Positions 49,953 through 61,880 of a stretch of 64,000 nt of DNA are shown in pieces. The position numbers were made by a program, and so were the translations under genes. The notes beneath the pieces are model-generated. The model searched no databases. It was given only the letters and a program-made list of their open reading frames with translations, and was not told the origin of the DNA. Every line of letters starts with the position of its first letter. Within the stretch, counting starts at the first letter, position 1. Source of the stretch: Candidatus Doudnabacteria bacterium. Its GTDB lineage: Bacteria; Patescibacteriota; Doudnabacteria; UBA920. Location of the stretch: the NCBI GenBank assembly GCA_963788395.1, contig CAWBGV010000030.1, forward strand, positions 6,954-70,953, given 5' to 3'.

Positions 49953-50978
49953 TTAAAATTGTCCGTTGGGGGGAGTGCCCGAAGCATGACCCATAGCCGG
50001 CGGAGGGAAACCGCCCTGAAAATTAGATGGAGCCCCGGGGGAAGAACTGGCAGAATCATTACCTGGACCCATTGGAGACTGCTGACCAGGCCGGTGCATG
50101 GTTGGAGGCGTACCGCTGGCCGAAGCATTACCCTGTCCCTGCGGATTATTAGCAGATTGCGGACGGGCAGGCACCACCATGCCCACAACGGGGAGGGCCT
50201 GGTCGCCGCTGCTGGCCGCCGGAGCGTTGGCAGCCCAGGCGCTAAACTGTCCTGCTTGAGGCACGGCCAATTTTCCGCCAGGGACGATTAAGAACAAGCT
50301 GCCTTGGTCGGTCACTATAGTTCCGATCGGATGCGTATTGGCGGGATTAGAAATATCGTGGAAATTATCATCAGGACCGTTCAAAGCGGTCGCTGGTAGG
50401 ACTGTAAAAAGTTTACTTACAACAACACTCCCTTTACCCCCAGCTTGAGTAAAATACACTAAACGATGCCTGGTGCCGGACTTAAAAATATTATCGGTAG
50501 TTATGGAACCGGAGCCGCTGGCATCATTAACAATTAAAGTTTTATCAATAGTAATTGAACCGGCCTTGTTAGCAGCGCGGTTCCAGTCTATCTCGTAACT
50601 CCAAAGGCTGCTGCTGGCATCCACATCAGCCGGCGTGAGCGTAAGGGTCAACGCACTGGAAGAAGCTAGTGTAATAATCTGGTAAGTCTGAGCCCCCAAT
50701 ACAAACTGCTCCGAATCCACATTTACGGCAGCTACAGCAAAAGTAGTGTGGTGCGGGATGGTGTCAGGCTGGTAGGCAGAAGCGCTGATCTCGGTGCTGG
50801 CAACAGCCGTAATGGCACCCAACGATACCGACGCTAAAGCAATAAAGGCTACGGCCAAAACTCCGTGAACCTCGGACAAAAATATTTCTTTAACAAAAGC
50901 TAAACCTGAGCCGAGCAAACCGGACGGCTGGGCCGGGCTCGGTAAGCCCGGACCTTTGGTGTAGGTATATGGGTTCAT
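49953..50978 (-). CDS. Hypothetical membrane-anchored/secreted protein with a Gly/Pro-rich C-terminus
   Basis: 341-aa ORF with one N-terminal TM helix (VLAVAFIALASVSLGAI), a beta-rich middle section and a low-complexity PGxxP tail. Confidence 0.6.
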   Translation of the reverse strand: MNPYTYTKGPGLPSPAQPSGLLGSGLAFVKEIFLSEVHGVLAVAFIALASVSLGAITAVASTEISASAYQPDTIPHHTTFAVAAVNVDSEQFVLGAQTYQIITLASSSALTLTLTPADVDASSSLWSYEIDWNRAANKAGSITIDKTLIVNDASGSGSITTDNIFKSGTRHRLVYFTQAGGKGSVVVSKLFTVLPATALNGPDDNFHDISNPANTHPIGTIVTDQGSLFLIVPGGKLAVPQAGQFSAWAANAPAASSGDQALPVVGMVVPARPQSANNPQGQGNASASGTPPTMHRPGQQSPMGPGNDSASSSPGAPSNFQGGFPPPAMGHASGTPPNGQF

Positions 50979-51426
50979 GTGTTTTTTCGCGTGCTAAGAA
51001 TCATCCAAACAATGCTTAACGCGCCTTTTCTCCGAGAAGTAGTTTTAAAGACTACTTCCTAATTTATTTAATTGTTATTTTGTTTCTTAAATCTAAAGCA
51101 CTAATTTTGGTGCTTTGATAAATTAAACTTGTAAATACATTATAGCAGATTTTACCTTACTTGTCCAGCAAAATTCTCCAGCTCACATCATCGAGCAGCC
51201 CCGAAACCAAGGCGATTTTTTTGCTGCGGAACTCGCCGCTATATTTATTTAATATAAAGTTGGCTCAGACAGCCTGCCCGCCGACGCGGCCAAGGCGGAT
51301 CCTCGCTGCAAAAATCGTCTTGCTTCCGGGGCCTGTCATTAGTCAGTTTACTTAGACCAATTTTGTCAATTAGTATCTTTGAAAACAAATCATCGCCTAT
51401 CAGGTTCTGATCCAAATTTATAAAAG

Positions 51427-53069
51427 TTATTCTCCAGCAACCCTAAAAACCTCTTCAACGTCGGTAATTCCCTCCAGGGCTTTAAGGAGTCCGTCTTGGG
51501 TCATAGTAATCATACCCTGCTCCAAGCCCGCTTTTCGAAAGGCGCTCATGGGCGATTCTTTCATAATCAAATCTTGAACCGCTTCGGTATTCTCCAAAAC
51601 TTCATAAATCCCAATCCGCCCCTGGTAGCCCAAATGATGGCATTGGTCGCAGCCGGGAGCATGGTAAAACTGCAATTCCGCAGGCAACTTAATGCCTGAT
51701 TTTTCCGGAAGAGCTTTCAGGAGATAGGCGATTTTTTCCATCACCATAGGCGACAGCGCCGCTTTAACCTTGCAATGCAGGCATAATTTACGAACCAGGC
51801 GCTGGGCAATGACCACCGAAAGCGCTGGACCGGCCACAAACGGTTTGACACCCATATTGATCAATCGCGGAATAGCGCCCGCGGCATCGTTCGTGTGCAG
51901 AGTCGATAGAACTAAGTGCCCGGTCAGCGCCGCTTGCAGCGCAGTTTCGGCCGTTTCCTGGTCGCGGATTTCTCCCACCATAACTATATCCGGATCTTGC
52001 CGCAAGATTGCTCGCAAGCCTTTAGCAAAATCAAAATCCACATTATGATCTATTGGTGTTTGAATAATTCCTTCCAGTTTATATTCTACCGGATCCTCTA
52101 AAGTAATAATTTTCACACCCGGTTGATTGAGCTCGTTTAAAAACGCGTACAACGTGGTTGCTTACCGCTGCCGGTGGGACCGGTAGTCACAATCATCCCG
52201 TTGGGCTTGGCTATAGCGCGTTCAACAATGACCAAATCTTGTTCCCGCATGCCTAAATCTTTTAATTTCAAACTAGTGGCCCCTGTCCCTAAAAATCTCA
52301 TAACCACCGATTCCCCGTATGCCGAAGGTAAGGTAGAGACGCGGACATCAATCGGCGTGTCGAGATAATAAAAAGTAATTCGCCCGTCTTGCGGTAAGTT
52401 TTCAACGTTGATTTTAAGTTTAGCCAAAATTTTTACTCGGGTTAACAAAGACTGCTGAAAGGGCTTGGCCACGTGCAACATATCCTGCAGCACTCCATCC
52501 AGACGATACCGGGCCTTTACAAAGTGTTCTTCAGGTTCCAAGTGCAAATCACTGGCTTTATAAAAAATCGCCGCGCCAAGCAAAATATCCAACAGCTGCG
52601 TGGCGGTTTCGTGCTGCTTGGTTGGGTCTTTTAAATTTTGAAAGAGTTCGGAATAGTTTTGCTCCTGGGTAATGCGCACCACATCGTCTTTATGTTCGGT
52701 GGGCCGCAAAACCTTTGCATAAAATTTCAGCGTTTGGTCAAAACTAAATTTAGAAATGAGGTAGAGCTTAACTTTATTTTTATTTGAAAAATCTTTAATT
52801 TTTTCTTTTAAAAGCTGGTTATCCGGGTCTATGGCTCCAATTCGTAAATCTTTCCCTTCTTTGTAAAACGGCACAGCTCCTGTTTGACGCGCCTCCGCTT
52901 CAGTAAACATGCCGAGTACGTTGAGGTCCACCGGAAAATTGTGGAGGCTAATGTACGGCATTCCCAAAGTTAAAGCCCGCGCCGCGGCTTCCTGCTCGGC
53001 CATTTTACGATTTACGTCCGTCAGCGCGTTAGCAAAATCCTGAGGAGTGCTGTTTAAAAAATTGGGCAT
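51427..53069 (-). CDS. pilB: Type IV pilus assembly / type II secretion ATPase (PilB/GspE family), one frameshift right after Walker A
   Basis: The N-terminal fragment ends GPTGSGK, then shifts frame. The C-terminal fragment continues YAFLNELN... with the Asp box, Walker B (IVMVGEIRD), His box and a CxxC...CxxC tetracysteine. Confidence 0.92.
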
Positions 53070-53150
53070 TTTTGTTTCAAAAAAGATCTTTAGTATTGAT
53101 ATTATAGCACTTTTAAATAATCGCGGAAACGCGAATTACCGCGATTATTC

Positions 53151-54310
53151 CTACGCCCCCTGCGGAGTCATTCGTTCTGAGGCGCGAAGCAGTTTAGCTT
53201 CGGCTTCCTGGAGTGAGAGATTCTCAAATTCTATATCGGCCATATTGTACGACCCCAGTAACGGCACCGGGGAAACATCGGCACGCCCTAAATTTTCCAA
53301 TAACTGCGACAAGTTAATTTGAACATGCGCGGCAATGGCCATGCGGCTGCCCTTGGAAGTTTCTGCCATCAATCCAATAATCTTATAACTGGAAATGTTT
53401 TCCACCATTTCTTTTAAAACATTCGGGATTTCTTCGGTCCAGCCTCCGACCGTTCAAAATCACCCAAATTTAAAAGCGAGTAGACCATCTGCCGATCCTC
53501 TTCGGTCTTCAGCCGCGCCAGGGCCCGCCCCCACAGCTTGAGCAGCGCGAAAGATTTAGTTTTATAAACATACTTAACCACTTCCTGCTGCCGTCCACCC
53601 AAGCTGACCAGCTCCGAAGCCTTTAAAAATACCTGGGGAGTGGTATGTACATGCTGGAAGCTATTGGTTTTTGTAATAATGCCCGTTAACAGGCAGGTGG
53701 CAATGTCTTCATCAATAAGCTGCGTTTCGTAGGCCGCGAATAAATTAGAAAGGATTTCGGCAATCGAGGTGGCATTAATATCCACCAAATTAATAGCTCC
53801 AAAGTATTCGTTCTCTGGCTTATTATCGATATTAATTTTTGGGGTATTAAAGAAGACATCCGCGTGCTGCTCGAACAAACTCCCCACGTGCTCCAAAGAA
53901 GCGCTGCCTAATATAACTATAGTATCCACAGCCGGCTTCTCGGAATCAAAGCTGACATCTTCCTGCGTAAACGCGCCCTGTTTCGCTTTTAAAAAAATAT
54001 GGACTTTTCCATCTAAAGTTTCGTAGCTCAGTTCATCCAACCCCTTTGGCTCAGCATTGACGATCACTACAAAACTTTGAGAGCTCGACATAGCAGTCTT
54101 GATTTCGCCCGCCCCCGGTAAAAACTGGCACTCCTTGGGGATAGGCGCCGAAGAAACAATCTCAACATTTTTCTCCAATTTTTGTAAAAACAAACGCAAG
54201 GCCAAGGCACTCCCGGTGGTGTCGGCGTCTATGTTCTTAGGCAAAACTACCAAAATGTTTTTGGCTTTGTTCAGCTGATCAAAAATTTGTTGGTGGGTTG
54301 AGAGTTCCAT
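53151..54310 (-). CDS. DHH-family phosphoesterase (NrnA-like), one frameshift
   Basis: The N-terminal DHH domain region (ILVVLPKNIDADTTGSALAL) and a C-terminal DHHA1-like fragment are in different frames. Confidence 0.75.
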
Positions 54311-54371
54311 ATATACAATGTATTAGTGTAATAAATTTGAGTAATTCCGTCAATACGGCTAAAATACTGAT

Positions 54372-54770
54372 ATGAAAAAGCCCCTTACAGTCCAATTGGC
54401 GGATGTCCAACAACTGGCCCAAACACTAGCGCCCACTCTGCGCGGCGGGGAAATTTTAGCGCTCATCGGCGACCTCGGCTCGGGCAAAACCACCTTCACC
54501 CGAGCCCTGGCCAAACGTCTTAAGGTCAGAGACGTGGTGACTAGTCCGACCTTTATACTCATGAACCGCTACGCGGCACAAACCACCAATCGCTCGAAAA
54601 TCCACCTCTACCATCTCGACCTCTATCGCCTCAAAAACTTTCGCGAAGCCAAGGCCCTGGGCCTGACCGAAATTTGGCAAGACCCCAAAACTATTACCGT
54701 CATTGAATGGGCCGATAAAATAAAAAAACACCTGCCGCCTTCCTCGATAATTATTAACTTTGTAACTTGA
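54372..54770 (+). CDS. tsaE: tRNA t6A37 biosynthesis ATPase TsaE
   Basis: P-loop GDLGSGKTTFTRALAK, SPTF, and a HLDLYRL-type motif. Confidence 0.92.
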   Translation: MKKPLTVQLADVQQLAQTLAPTLRGGEILALIGDLGSGKTTFTRALAKRLKVRDVVTSPTFILMNRYAAQTTNRSKIHLYHLDLYRLKNFREAKALGLTEIWQDPKTITVIEWADKIKKHLPPSSIIINFVT

Positions 54771-55975
54771 TTGTGAAAAGCGCTTTACTGCTTACAACAA
54801 CCGCCCTCTTACTACTGGCTCCTCGCATAAGTTATGGCGACGCGCTTTTACGCGGGGTCGAACCGACATTAACTCTGGTCGGGCCCGATCAAAACTATCA
54901 AGTCAGCGGGGAAACTTTGGCGCAGTGGCGACAACCGGCGACGGTACCGGCGAATAATTTTTTAATACACTCCCCAACCGGGACCGCCACTTTAATGGCC
55001 AACTTTTTAGGACAACTCTTGCCGGCGCCGGAGCAGGCCACCATCACCTACCCGGTCGACGCCCAGGCTATTTATAACTATGTTGCCAACCTTGCTCAAC
55101 AAATCGACCACCCGCCCGTGGAACCGCAATTAACCATAGCCGGAAACCGGGCCAGCGACTTTGTGCCGCCGGAAGATGGTCGCACGACCGACATTTACGA
55201 TACTACTTTAAGTATTATCCAAAGCTTAGACGATAACGCTACTTCTGTGCCCCTTATAGTCAGCACTACCTCGCCTCAACAAACTTTAACCGAACTCAAT
55301 AATTTGGGAATTAGCGAACTGATTGGTGAAGGCGTTTCAACTTTTAAAGGCAGCCCGAACAACCGCAGGCATAATATTGCGGTAGGCATTAAAACCATGA
55401 ACGGACTCCTGATTGGCCCCGGACAGACGTTTAGTTTTGACAACGCGCTTGGGCCGGTAACCGCGGCCCAAGGGTATCTGCCGGAATTGGTTATTTTAAG
55501 TAACGAGACGGTTCCGGAAGACGGAGGCGGCCTGTGCCAGGTTTCGACGACAATGTTCCGCGCGGCCATGGCGGCAGGCCTTCCGATTACCGACCGCAAA
55601 AACCACGCCTATGCCGTTAGCTACTATTCACCCCAAGGTACAGATGCTACTATATATCCGGGGTCGGCTGACCTTAAATTTGTTAATGATACTCCCGGTA
55701 CCATTTTAGTTTCAGCCTACGAAAAGGACAGTAATACGGCGGTCTTCGATTTTTACGGCACTTATGACGGGCGCCAGACCACTTTAGAAAAACCCGTAGT
55801 CTACGACCGTAAAGCCGACGGCTCAATGAAAGCCACTTGGACCCGGCTAGTCGAAAAAGACGGCCAAACACGAACCGATGTCTTGAGCTCCAATTATCTT
55901 CCGCCGGCGCTGTTCCACGAAACCGAAACATTTGTCAGCGCCACCGGAACGCCGGAAGCGGCACGGTCGCAATAG
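54767..55975 (+). CDS. VanW-family protein
   Basis: The C-terminal region GGGLCQVSTTMFRAAMAAGLPITDRKNH is the VanW domain signature. 4-nt overlap with tsaE. Confidence 0.85.
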   Translation: MIVKSALLLTTTALLLLAPRISYGDALLRGVEPTLTLVGPDQNYQVSGETLAQWRQPATVPANNFLIHSPTGTATLMANFLGQLLPAPEQATITYPVDAQAIYNYVANLAQQIDHPPVEPQLTIAGNRASDFVPPEDGRTTDIYDTTLSIIQSLDDNATSVPLIVSTTSPQQTLTELNNLGISELIGEGVSTFKGSPNNRRHNIAVGIKTMNGLLIGPGQTFSFDNALGPVTAAQGYLPELVILSNETVPEDGGGLCQVSTTMFRAAMAAGLPITDRKNHAYAVSYYSPQGTDATIYPGSADLKFVNDTPGTILVSAYEKDSNTAVFDFYGTYDGRQTTLEKPVVYDRKADGSMKATWTRLVEKDGQTRTDVLSSNYLPPALFHETETFVSATGTPEAARSQ

Positions 55976-56014
55976 GACCCCTAGGTCCAATAGGTCCTAT
56001 ATTAATCCTTGTTT

Positions 56015-57058
56015 ATGCTCCAATCCAACAAACCAAAAAATGATATATCCCCGCTCGATGCCGCGGCGCTCGACGATGACGACCGCACTATCGAACAAAA
56101 CCTGCGGCCTTCAACATTAGACGAATACATCGGCCAGGGCCAGGTTAAACAGAACCTCAAAATTGTCATGTCCGCGGCCAAGCAGCGCGGAGAGTTTTTG
56201 GAACATGTCTTGTTTTATGGCCCACCCGGCCTGGGCAAAACCACGCTGGCTTTTATTGTGGGACGCGAAATGGGAGTGAACGTAAAAGTTACCAGCGGGC
56301 CGGCCATTGAACGGGCCGGCGACCTGGCTTCACTGCTAACCAATTTAAGCGAGGGTGATATTTTATTTATTGATGAAATCCACCGGCTAAACAAAGTGGT
56401 GGAAGAAGTTTTATACCCGGCCATGGAAGATGGGGTGCTTGATATTGTTTTAGGCAAAGGGCCCGGAGCCAGGAGCATCCGCATGGATTTGCCAAAATTC
56501 ACCCTAGTCGGCGCCACTACCAGAATCGGATTAGTCTCTTCTCCGCTCCGCGATCGCTTTGGAGCTACCTATCGGCTGGAATATTATACGGAGGCTGAGT
56601 TACAAAATATTATTACTCGAAGTGCTAAAATCCTCGGAGCGGATATTGATGATGCGGGCAGCCTGGAACTGGCCTCCCGCAGCCGCTTTACGCCGCGCAT
56701 TGCCAATCGGCTGCTTAAGCGCGTCCGAGATTTTGCCCAGGTTAATGGGCATGCTACAATTAATTTACCACTCACCCGTCAAGCGCTAACGCTACTGGAA
56801 ATTGACAGCTTAGGCCTGGACCGCAATGACCGGCGCATTCTAGAAGCACTCATAGATAAATTTAACGGCGGCCCAGTGGGCCTCAACACCTTAGCCGCGG
56901 CAACGAGCGAAGAAGAAGACACTATAACCGATGTCCACGAACCGTTTCTTATCCGCCTCGGCCTGCTCATGAGAACTCCCAAAGGCCGCCAGGCCACGGA
57001 ACTAGCTTATCGACACTTAAACAAAAAAGCTCCCGGAGGACAACAGACGATAATTTAG
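56015..57058 (+). CDS. ruvB: Holliday junction DNA helicase RuvB
   Basis: Walker [12 protein letters not shown], Walker [11 protein letters not shown], sensor motifs. The ATG at 56015 is preferred over the TTG at 56009. Confidence 0.96.
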   Translation: MLQSNKPKNDISPLDAAALDDDDRTIEQNLRPSTLDEYIGQGQVKQNLKIVMSAAKQRGEFLEHVLFYGPPGLGKTTLAFIVGREMGVNVKVTSGPAIERAGDLASLLTNLSEGDILFIDEIHRLNKVVEEVLYPAMEDGVLDIVLGKGPGARSIRMDLPKFTLVGATTRIGLVSSPLRDRFGATYRLEYYTEAELQNIITRSAKILGADIDDAGSLELASRSRFTPRIANRLLKRVRDFAQVNGHATINLPLTRQALTLLEIDSLGLDRNDRRILEALIDKFNGGPVGLNTLAAATSEEEDTITDVHEPFLIRLGLLMRTPKGRQATELAYRHLNKKAPGGQQTII

Positions 57059-57075
57059 TTTATAGTGGGCAGTCA

Positions 57076-57327
57076 TTGCAATCCTACAAACTACTCACTA
57101 TCAACTACCATCTTCCCATGCAACTTTCTCCGTTCAGTTTACTTCTCATCAGCTCGCTCTACTATATTTTAGTCGGCATTATGGCGTTTTTTTCTTTATT
57201 TGCCGTCTACTTAATAATTCGCTACGGCCAGAGCCGGGTGTTTAGCTTATTTGTGGCCGTGGTTTATTCAGCCCTCTTTTTAAGGTTAGTCGAACAATCT
57301 TACCATTTGCTCCAGGCGCTTTCTTAA
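57076..57327 (+). CDS. Hypothetical small membrane protein
   Basis: 83-aa ORF with two hydrophobic helices. Confidence 0.45.
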   Translation: MQSYKLLTINYHLPMQLSPFSLLLISSLYYILVGIMAFFSLFAVYLIIRYGQSRVFSLFVAVVYSALFLRLVEQSYHLLQALS

Positions 57328-57332
57328 AATTT

Positions 57333-57890
57333 ATGAGTCCTCGTAAATTATTTCCTTCCCAGCTAGCTAACGAACAAATTTTTTTGGTAGTCCGCGAACA
57401 TTGGTTCCACGTATTTCTTAAACTTCTGGTCTGGGCATTTTTTCTGGCCGCGTATGTGGTCGCCGATCGCTACGCCATGGCTAATTTTCCGCAAATGTTC
57501 TTGGGTCAATCCGGACAAGTTACCAACCTTTTTATCGATGTCTACTTAATCTTCCTAATTTTAGCTTTGTTTATTATCTATTTGCTTTATTATTTGAACA
57601 TCCAGGTTATTACCAGCATCCGGATTGTAGATGTAACCCAAGAAGGCTTATTCTCCCACACCGTCTCCGAACTGCATATTGATAAAATCGAAGATGCCAC
57701 TTCCCAGACCAACGGCGTGTTCGGCACTATCTTTAATTATGGGAATGTCTACGTCCAAACCGCTGGCGCCACTGACCGCTTTGAATTTAACGACGTGCCC
57801 AATCCGGCAGCTATTGAAAAATTGGTTTTGGATTTATACGAGAAGAATTCTAATTTTGCCAAAAACGCAACCGAAGCCGCCCAAGCTTAG
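57333..57890 (+). CDS. Membrane protein with a bacterial PH (YdbS/YdbT-like) domain
   Basis: Two TM helices followed by a bPH-like segment (IRIVDVTQEGLFSHTVSELHIDKIEDA...). Confidence 0.6.
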   Translation: MSPRKLFPSQLANEQIFLVVREHWFHVFLKLLVWAFFLAAYVVADRYAMANFPQMFLGQSGQVTNLFIDVYLIFLILALFIIYLLYYLNIQVITSIRIVDVTQEGLFSHTVSELHIDKIEDATSQTNGVFGTIFNYGNVYVQTAGATDRFEFNDVPNPAAIEKLVLDLYEKNSNFAKNATEAAQA

Positions 57891-57921
57891 TATTAAACGG
57901 GGGTTATCAACCATTTACTTT

Positions 57922-58353
57922 ATGAAAATTATTGCCGTCTCCGGAGGATTTGATCCAATTCATATTGGACACATAGAAATGATGAAAGAGGCCAAAGAGC
58001 TGGGCGACAAGCTGGTGGTTATAGTTAATAACGATAATTGGCTGAAAAAAAAGAAAGGCTTTGCGTTCATGAACGAACGGGAGCGGAAAGCAATCGTGGC
58101 AGCCATCCGGTACGTGGATGAGGTTATGTTAACAGCTCACCCGGAGAACCCCGAAGATATGTCGGTATGCGCGGAACTGGAAAAACTTAAACCTGATATT
58201 TTTGCCAACGGCGGCGATCGAAAGCCCGACGGCGACCCGGTCCCGGAAGTGGACCTTTGCGCCCGGCTCGGGATCAAAATGGTCTATAATATTGGCAAAA
58301 GCGGCAAAATCCAAAGCTCCAGCGATTTAATCAAAAAGAGCACACGAGGTTGA
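57922..58353 (+). CDS. Cytidylyl/adenylyltransferase-family nucleotidyltransferase
   Basis: VSGGFDPIHIGH matches the (H/T)xGH motif of the cytidylyltransferase superfamily. 143 aa. Confidence 0.8.
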   Translation: MKIIAVSGGFDPIHIGHIEMMKEAKELGDKLVVIVNNDNWLKKKKGFAFMNERERKAIVAAIRYVDEVMLTAHPENPEDMSVCAELEKLKPDIFANGGDRKPDGDPVPEVDLCARLGIKMVYNIGKSGKIQSSSDLIKKSTRG

Positions 58354-58380
58354 TCCCAAGCTGAAAAAATAAACATTTTA

Positions 58381-58402
58381 AAAACCGCCCTTAGCGGTTT
58401 TT
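58381..58402. terminator. Bidirectional terminator hairpin
   Basis: Stem AAAACCGC/GCGGTTTT between convergent genes. Confidence 0.65.
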
Positions 58403-58416
58403 AAAATTACGAGACT

Positions 58417-59130
58417 CTCACCCCTGCTGACAAACTGCCAATGCGGCAACAGCCGCGGTTTCGGCACGAAGGGTGAAGGGACTAAGCGAAACTAAACGAC
58501 AATTTTTCACTGTTCGAAGCTGGGCAAGCTCAGCGGCAGAAAGACCGCCCTCAGGGCCAATTAGCAGCCCTAGCTTGAGCGCAGGAAGCGCTCCCGTGGC
58601 ACACTTGCCGCCGCTGGCATCAAAGACTATAAAATCCTGCAGGCCCCGGCCAGGGCCATAAGTTCATCTACATTTGGAACAAACGCCAGCTCTGGCACGT
58701 AACCGCGGTCGCACTGCTTAGCGGCTTCCCAAAGAATTTTTTGCCAGCGTTCGTTTTTTTGGGCCACCATTTCCGAAGTGAGGCGAGTGGCCGTGTTTTG
58801 TGCATTAAACAGAACCACTTTAGAAGCACCTAGTTCGGTGCTTTTTTGCAAAATAAAATCCAGGGCCTTTTCCGCGACGAATGCCTGGAACAAAACTATC
58901 TGGCGCGGCAATTCCGGTGGAATACTAATCACCTGTTCCGGCAGGACGGTTAACTGCCGTTTACTAATTGCGGTGACTTGGCATAAATATCTGGCCGGGG
59001 TTGAATCTTGCAGAACTATTGCCTGTCCTTTTTTTATCCGGCGGGACAAAAGCACGTGACCGGCCTCAGGACCTGTTAAAATCGCCGGTTGACCCAGCCG
59101 CAGCGGCTGAGCCGAAAGAAAATAAGACAT
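58417..59130 (-). CDS. rsmE: 16S rRNA (uracil1498-N3)-methyltransferase RsmE, one frameshift near 58640
   Basis: N-terminal fragment 58627-59130. The C-terminal part in another frame reads GPEGGLSAAE...FTLRAETAAVAAL, the RsmE signature. Confidence 0.85.
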
Positions 59131-59426
59131 TAAAATTCCAAGCTAATTACACGAACCATATTCCAGCCTACGGATTTATTTAAAAACTCCATCAGGGGAC
59201 CTGTTTGCTCACCAATTGTATGAGTTGCGGCCCGCGTCAGACACGCTACGGTCAAAACTCCTTTTTCAAATTTAATCGCCTCTGTCAAGCCGGCCAGTTC
59301 CGGCAATAGCCGCCGAATTGCCTCCTGCCATTGGCTGAAAACTTTTTTTTGATAAAAAGCATCTTCCAACTGGTACCGCTTAGCCGCAGCCTTTAAAGGT
59401 TGTTTAATTGATGAGAAACCAGGCAT
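59130..59426 (-). CDS. DUF721 (DciA-like) protein
   Basis: 98 aa, in the conserved position downstream of recF in the dnaA-dnaN-recF cluster. Called mainly from position; sequence similarity is weak by eye. Confidence 0.55.
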   Translation of the reverse strand: MPGFSSIKQPLKAAAKRYQLEDAFYQKKVFSQWQEAIRRLLPELAGLTEAIKFEKGVLTVACLTRAATHTIGEQTGPLMEFLNKSVGWNMVRVISLEF

Positions 59427-59458
59427 ATTTTTAATTTTATTTTATTGGCTTGAGCCGC

Positions 59459-60548
59459 CTATTTTGCCTCAATCTCTTCTTCGGCCGGCGTTAAGGTAAT
59501 GTGTTGGGCTGGCATTTCCAGCGGATGAGTGGTGGTGATAAAAGTCTGAAATTTTCCCCGCAGATACCGGAGCAAGAAAGTTCTCCTGATTTTCGTCCAG
59601 CTCAGAAAGTACGTCATCCAAAAGCAGTATCGGCTTGTCACCTTGCTTGCTTAAATATTCCATTTCCAAAATTTTTAAAGCCAAGACCTGGCTGCGCAAC
59701 TCTCCGCGGATGAAAACGGGGAAAGATACAAACCGTCGCTGATTAAGAAAAAATCATCCCGATGCGGCCCGACCAGACAGCTTGAGAGTAAGGCTTCGCG
59801 ATTAGCTGCTTCGCTGAGTTTTGCCCGCAAACCTTCGGCTATTTCTTCTTGAGCCTCGCCCGGTACCGACTCGTAAACTACCTCAACCGGGCGATGAAAC
59901 CCGGATATCGTAGTGTAAATATCGGCAATACTGGTATTTAAGTAATTAACAAACTTTTTACGCTCTTGAATAATATAGCTTCCGACCGCTACCAACTGTT
60001 CGTTCCACGAATCCAATCCTTCTGCTGTGGCCCGGCCGGCTTTAATATCTTGCAACAAGCGATTTTTCTGGAACAGGATCTTTTTATACTGACCCAAGCT
60101 TTCCAGGTAGCGCGGCTCTTTTTGGGCCAGAACCATGTTTAAATATTTACGCCGATGCTCCGGGGTCTTACTGAACATATCCACGTCAGTTGGGGTCAAA
60201 AATGACCACACTGACAAACCCTTGGGCCTCACGGCGTTTTTTCTTGACGCCGTCGATTAAAAAATTAGCGTAAATTTTATCGCGCTTCTCTAAAAATATT
60301 TGCAGGGTATTTTCCTGACCCAACCGCTCAACCACCACCGCAATCTCCGCCGTTTGGGCGCCTTTCAAAAAAATAAATTCATTATCGTCGCGGAAAGATT
60401 TAAACAACGACGCAAAATAAATCGATTCCAGCAAGTTTGTTTTACCAACCGCGTTAGGGCCGGTTAAAACAACCACCTCGTTATTAATATCAATGCTCAA
60501 ATCCGGGTAATTCCTAAAGTTTTTTACATGGATGTTTTTTATGTTCAT
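59459..60548 (-). CDS. recF: DNA replication and repair protein RecF, at least 2 frameshifts
   Basis: Walker A GPNAVGKTNLLE, and a C-terminal LLLDDVLSELD...FITTTH recovered across frames. Confidence 0.9.
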
Positions 60549-60577
60549 GGGGTTTTGTGGTTACCTTATAGTCTTAA

Positions 60578-61677
60578 TTAAGTTTTTATTGGCATTACCA
60601 AATATAAATATTCTTCTTGTTTCTCGGGGAGAATGAGCGTTGGTGAATTATCATCCACAATTTTAAGAGTGACTTGTTCGCCGTCAATTACCGCCAGGCA
60701 ATCTAGCATATAATGGTAGTTCAGTAACAAAGAGCCCGATTCCCCCCCAACGCTGCTAGGTAGTTGGACCACGCTCTTACCTAACTCTGCGGATTCAGAG
60801 GTAACCACCAACTGTTGATCATCTTCGCTATAATCCAGCTTAATACTGCTGGTACTTTGGCTAAAAATACCACCCGCCCGGAGAGCATTCATCAACGGAG
60901 CTTTAGGAGTTTGAATAATGGTTAAAAACTTTGCAGGGATAATATTTTTATACTCCGGATACTGTCCATCAACCAGACGGCTAATAATCTCTGTTTGGTT
61001 AAAAGTGAATGAGATTTGCGTGTCGTTAATAACCATTACCACCACACCCTTTCCATTACCAATTACCCGTGAGAGTTCGAGCATGGTTTTTTGGGGTACA
61101 ATTGCTTGCTGGCCGCTATTTTTAACATTTTCTATGACCATCTTTTTTTCTGCTAAACGGTATCGGTCGGTAGCTACTAATTTGAGGTTACCACCCTCTA
61201 TTGCCACTAAAATCCCGGAAATCTCCGGCTGGGTCTGGTTAGTGGAAGCCGCAAAAACTACTTCATTAATTGCTTTTTAAACCCTAAAGCATCCAAGGGT
61301 TAATGTTTCTTTTCGTTCTACCTCAGGAATAAGAGGGAATTCTTCGGCAGGTAGAGTTTTTATGTTGTGTGGTAATTTTCCGTTTCTAATACTAATTCAT
61401 TGTTATAAGTTTGTAAAGTTATGTTTTTATTAGGTAAATTATTAATAAGGTCTAGAATAGTTTTAGAATAAACAGTTACCGCCCCTTCTTCTTCCAACCT
61501 TACAGCGAATTTGGTGGTGATCGCTACTTCTAAATTAGTCGAAGAGATTTTTAATAAACCATTTTCTGTTTTCATTAAAAGATTATTAAGAATTGGTAGG
61601 GTGTTACTAGGTGATATAATCCTTCCAACAGCCGCAAACCCCATTTTTAAATTTTCTTGGGTGCAAATAACTTTCAT
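60578..61677 (-). CDS. dnaN: DNA polymerase III beta sliding clamp, at least 2 frameshifts
   Basis: N-terminal fragment MKVICTQENL...LPILNNLL and a C-terminal fragment with ...PIKT. The middle section is in a third frame. Confidence 0.9.
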
Positions 61678-61880
61678 ATATAAAATTTAATAAATAATAA
61701 AATTAATAATAGTAATAAGTCTTGGGGATTTGTGGATAGTAAACATTTCTAAGAAATACTAAAATGGTTATAAATAACAGTAGATAACTTTATGGGTTTT
61801 TGTGGATGAAAAGTGGAGAGGGTAAAAAATAAACATAAATATATTAAATTTACACACACCCTGCACCAACTTATACCACA
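61678..61880. other. Candidate oriC segment (dnaA-dnaN intergenic): AT-rich unwinding region plus DnaA boxes
   Basis: A ~40-nt A/T-only tract lies at 61681-61720. Boxes TGTGGATAG (61731-61739) and TGTGGATGA (61801-61809) each differ by one base from TGTGGATAA. Confidence 0.6.

Noticed and set aside
50979-51426. A 450-nt gap between pilB and the Gly/Pro-rich protein gene, with track ORF 51161-51355 on the plus strand and weak minus-strand coding signal (LDQNLIGDDLFSKILIDKIGLSKL...).
   Set aside because: The plus-strand ORF has no supporting signals. The minus-strand reading is broken by frame changes and a GC-rich hairpin (about 51270-51310), and I could not assign it to any family. It may be a decayed small gene, but that is not supportable as a feature.
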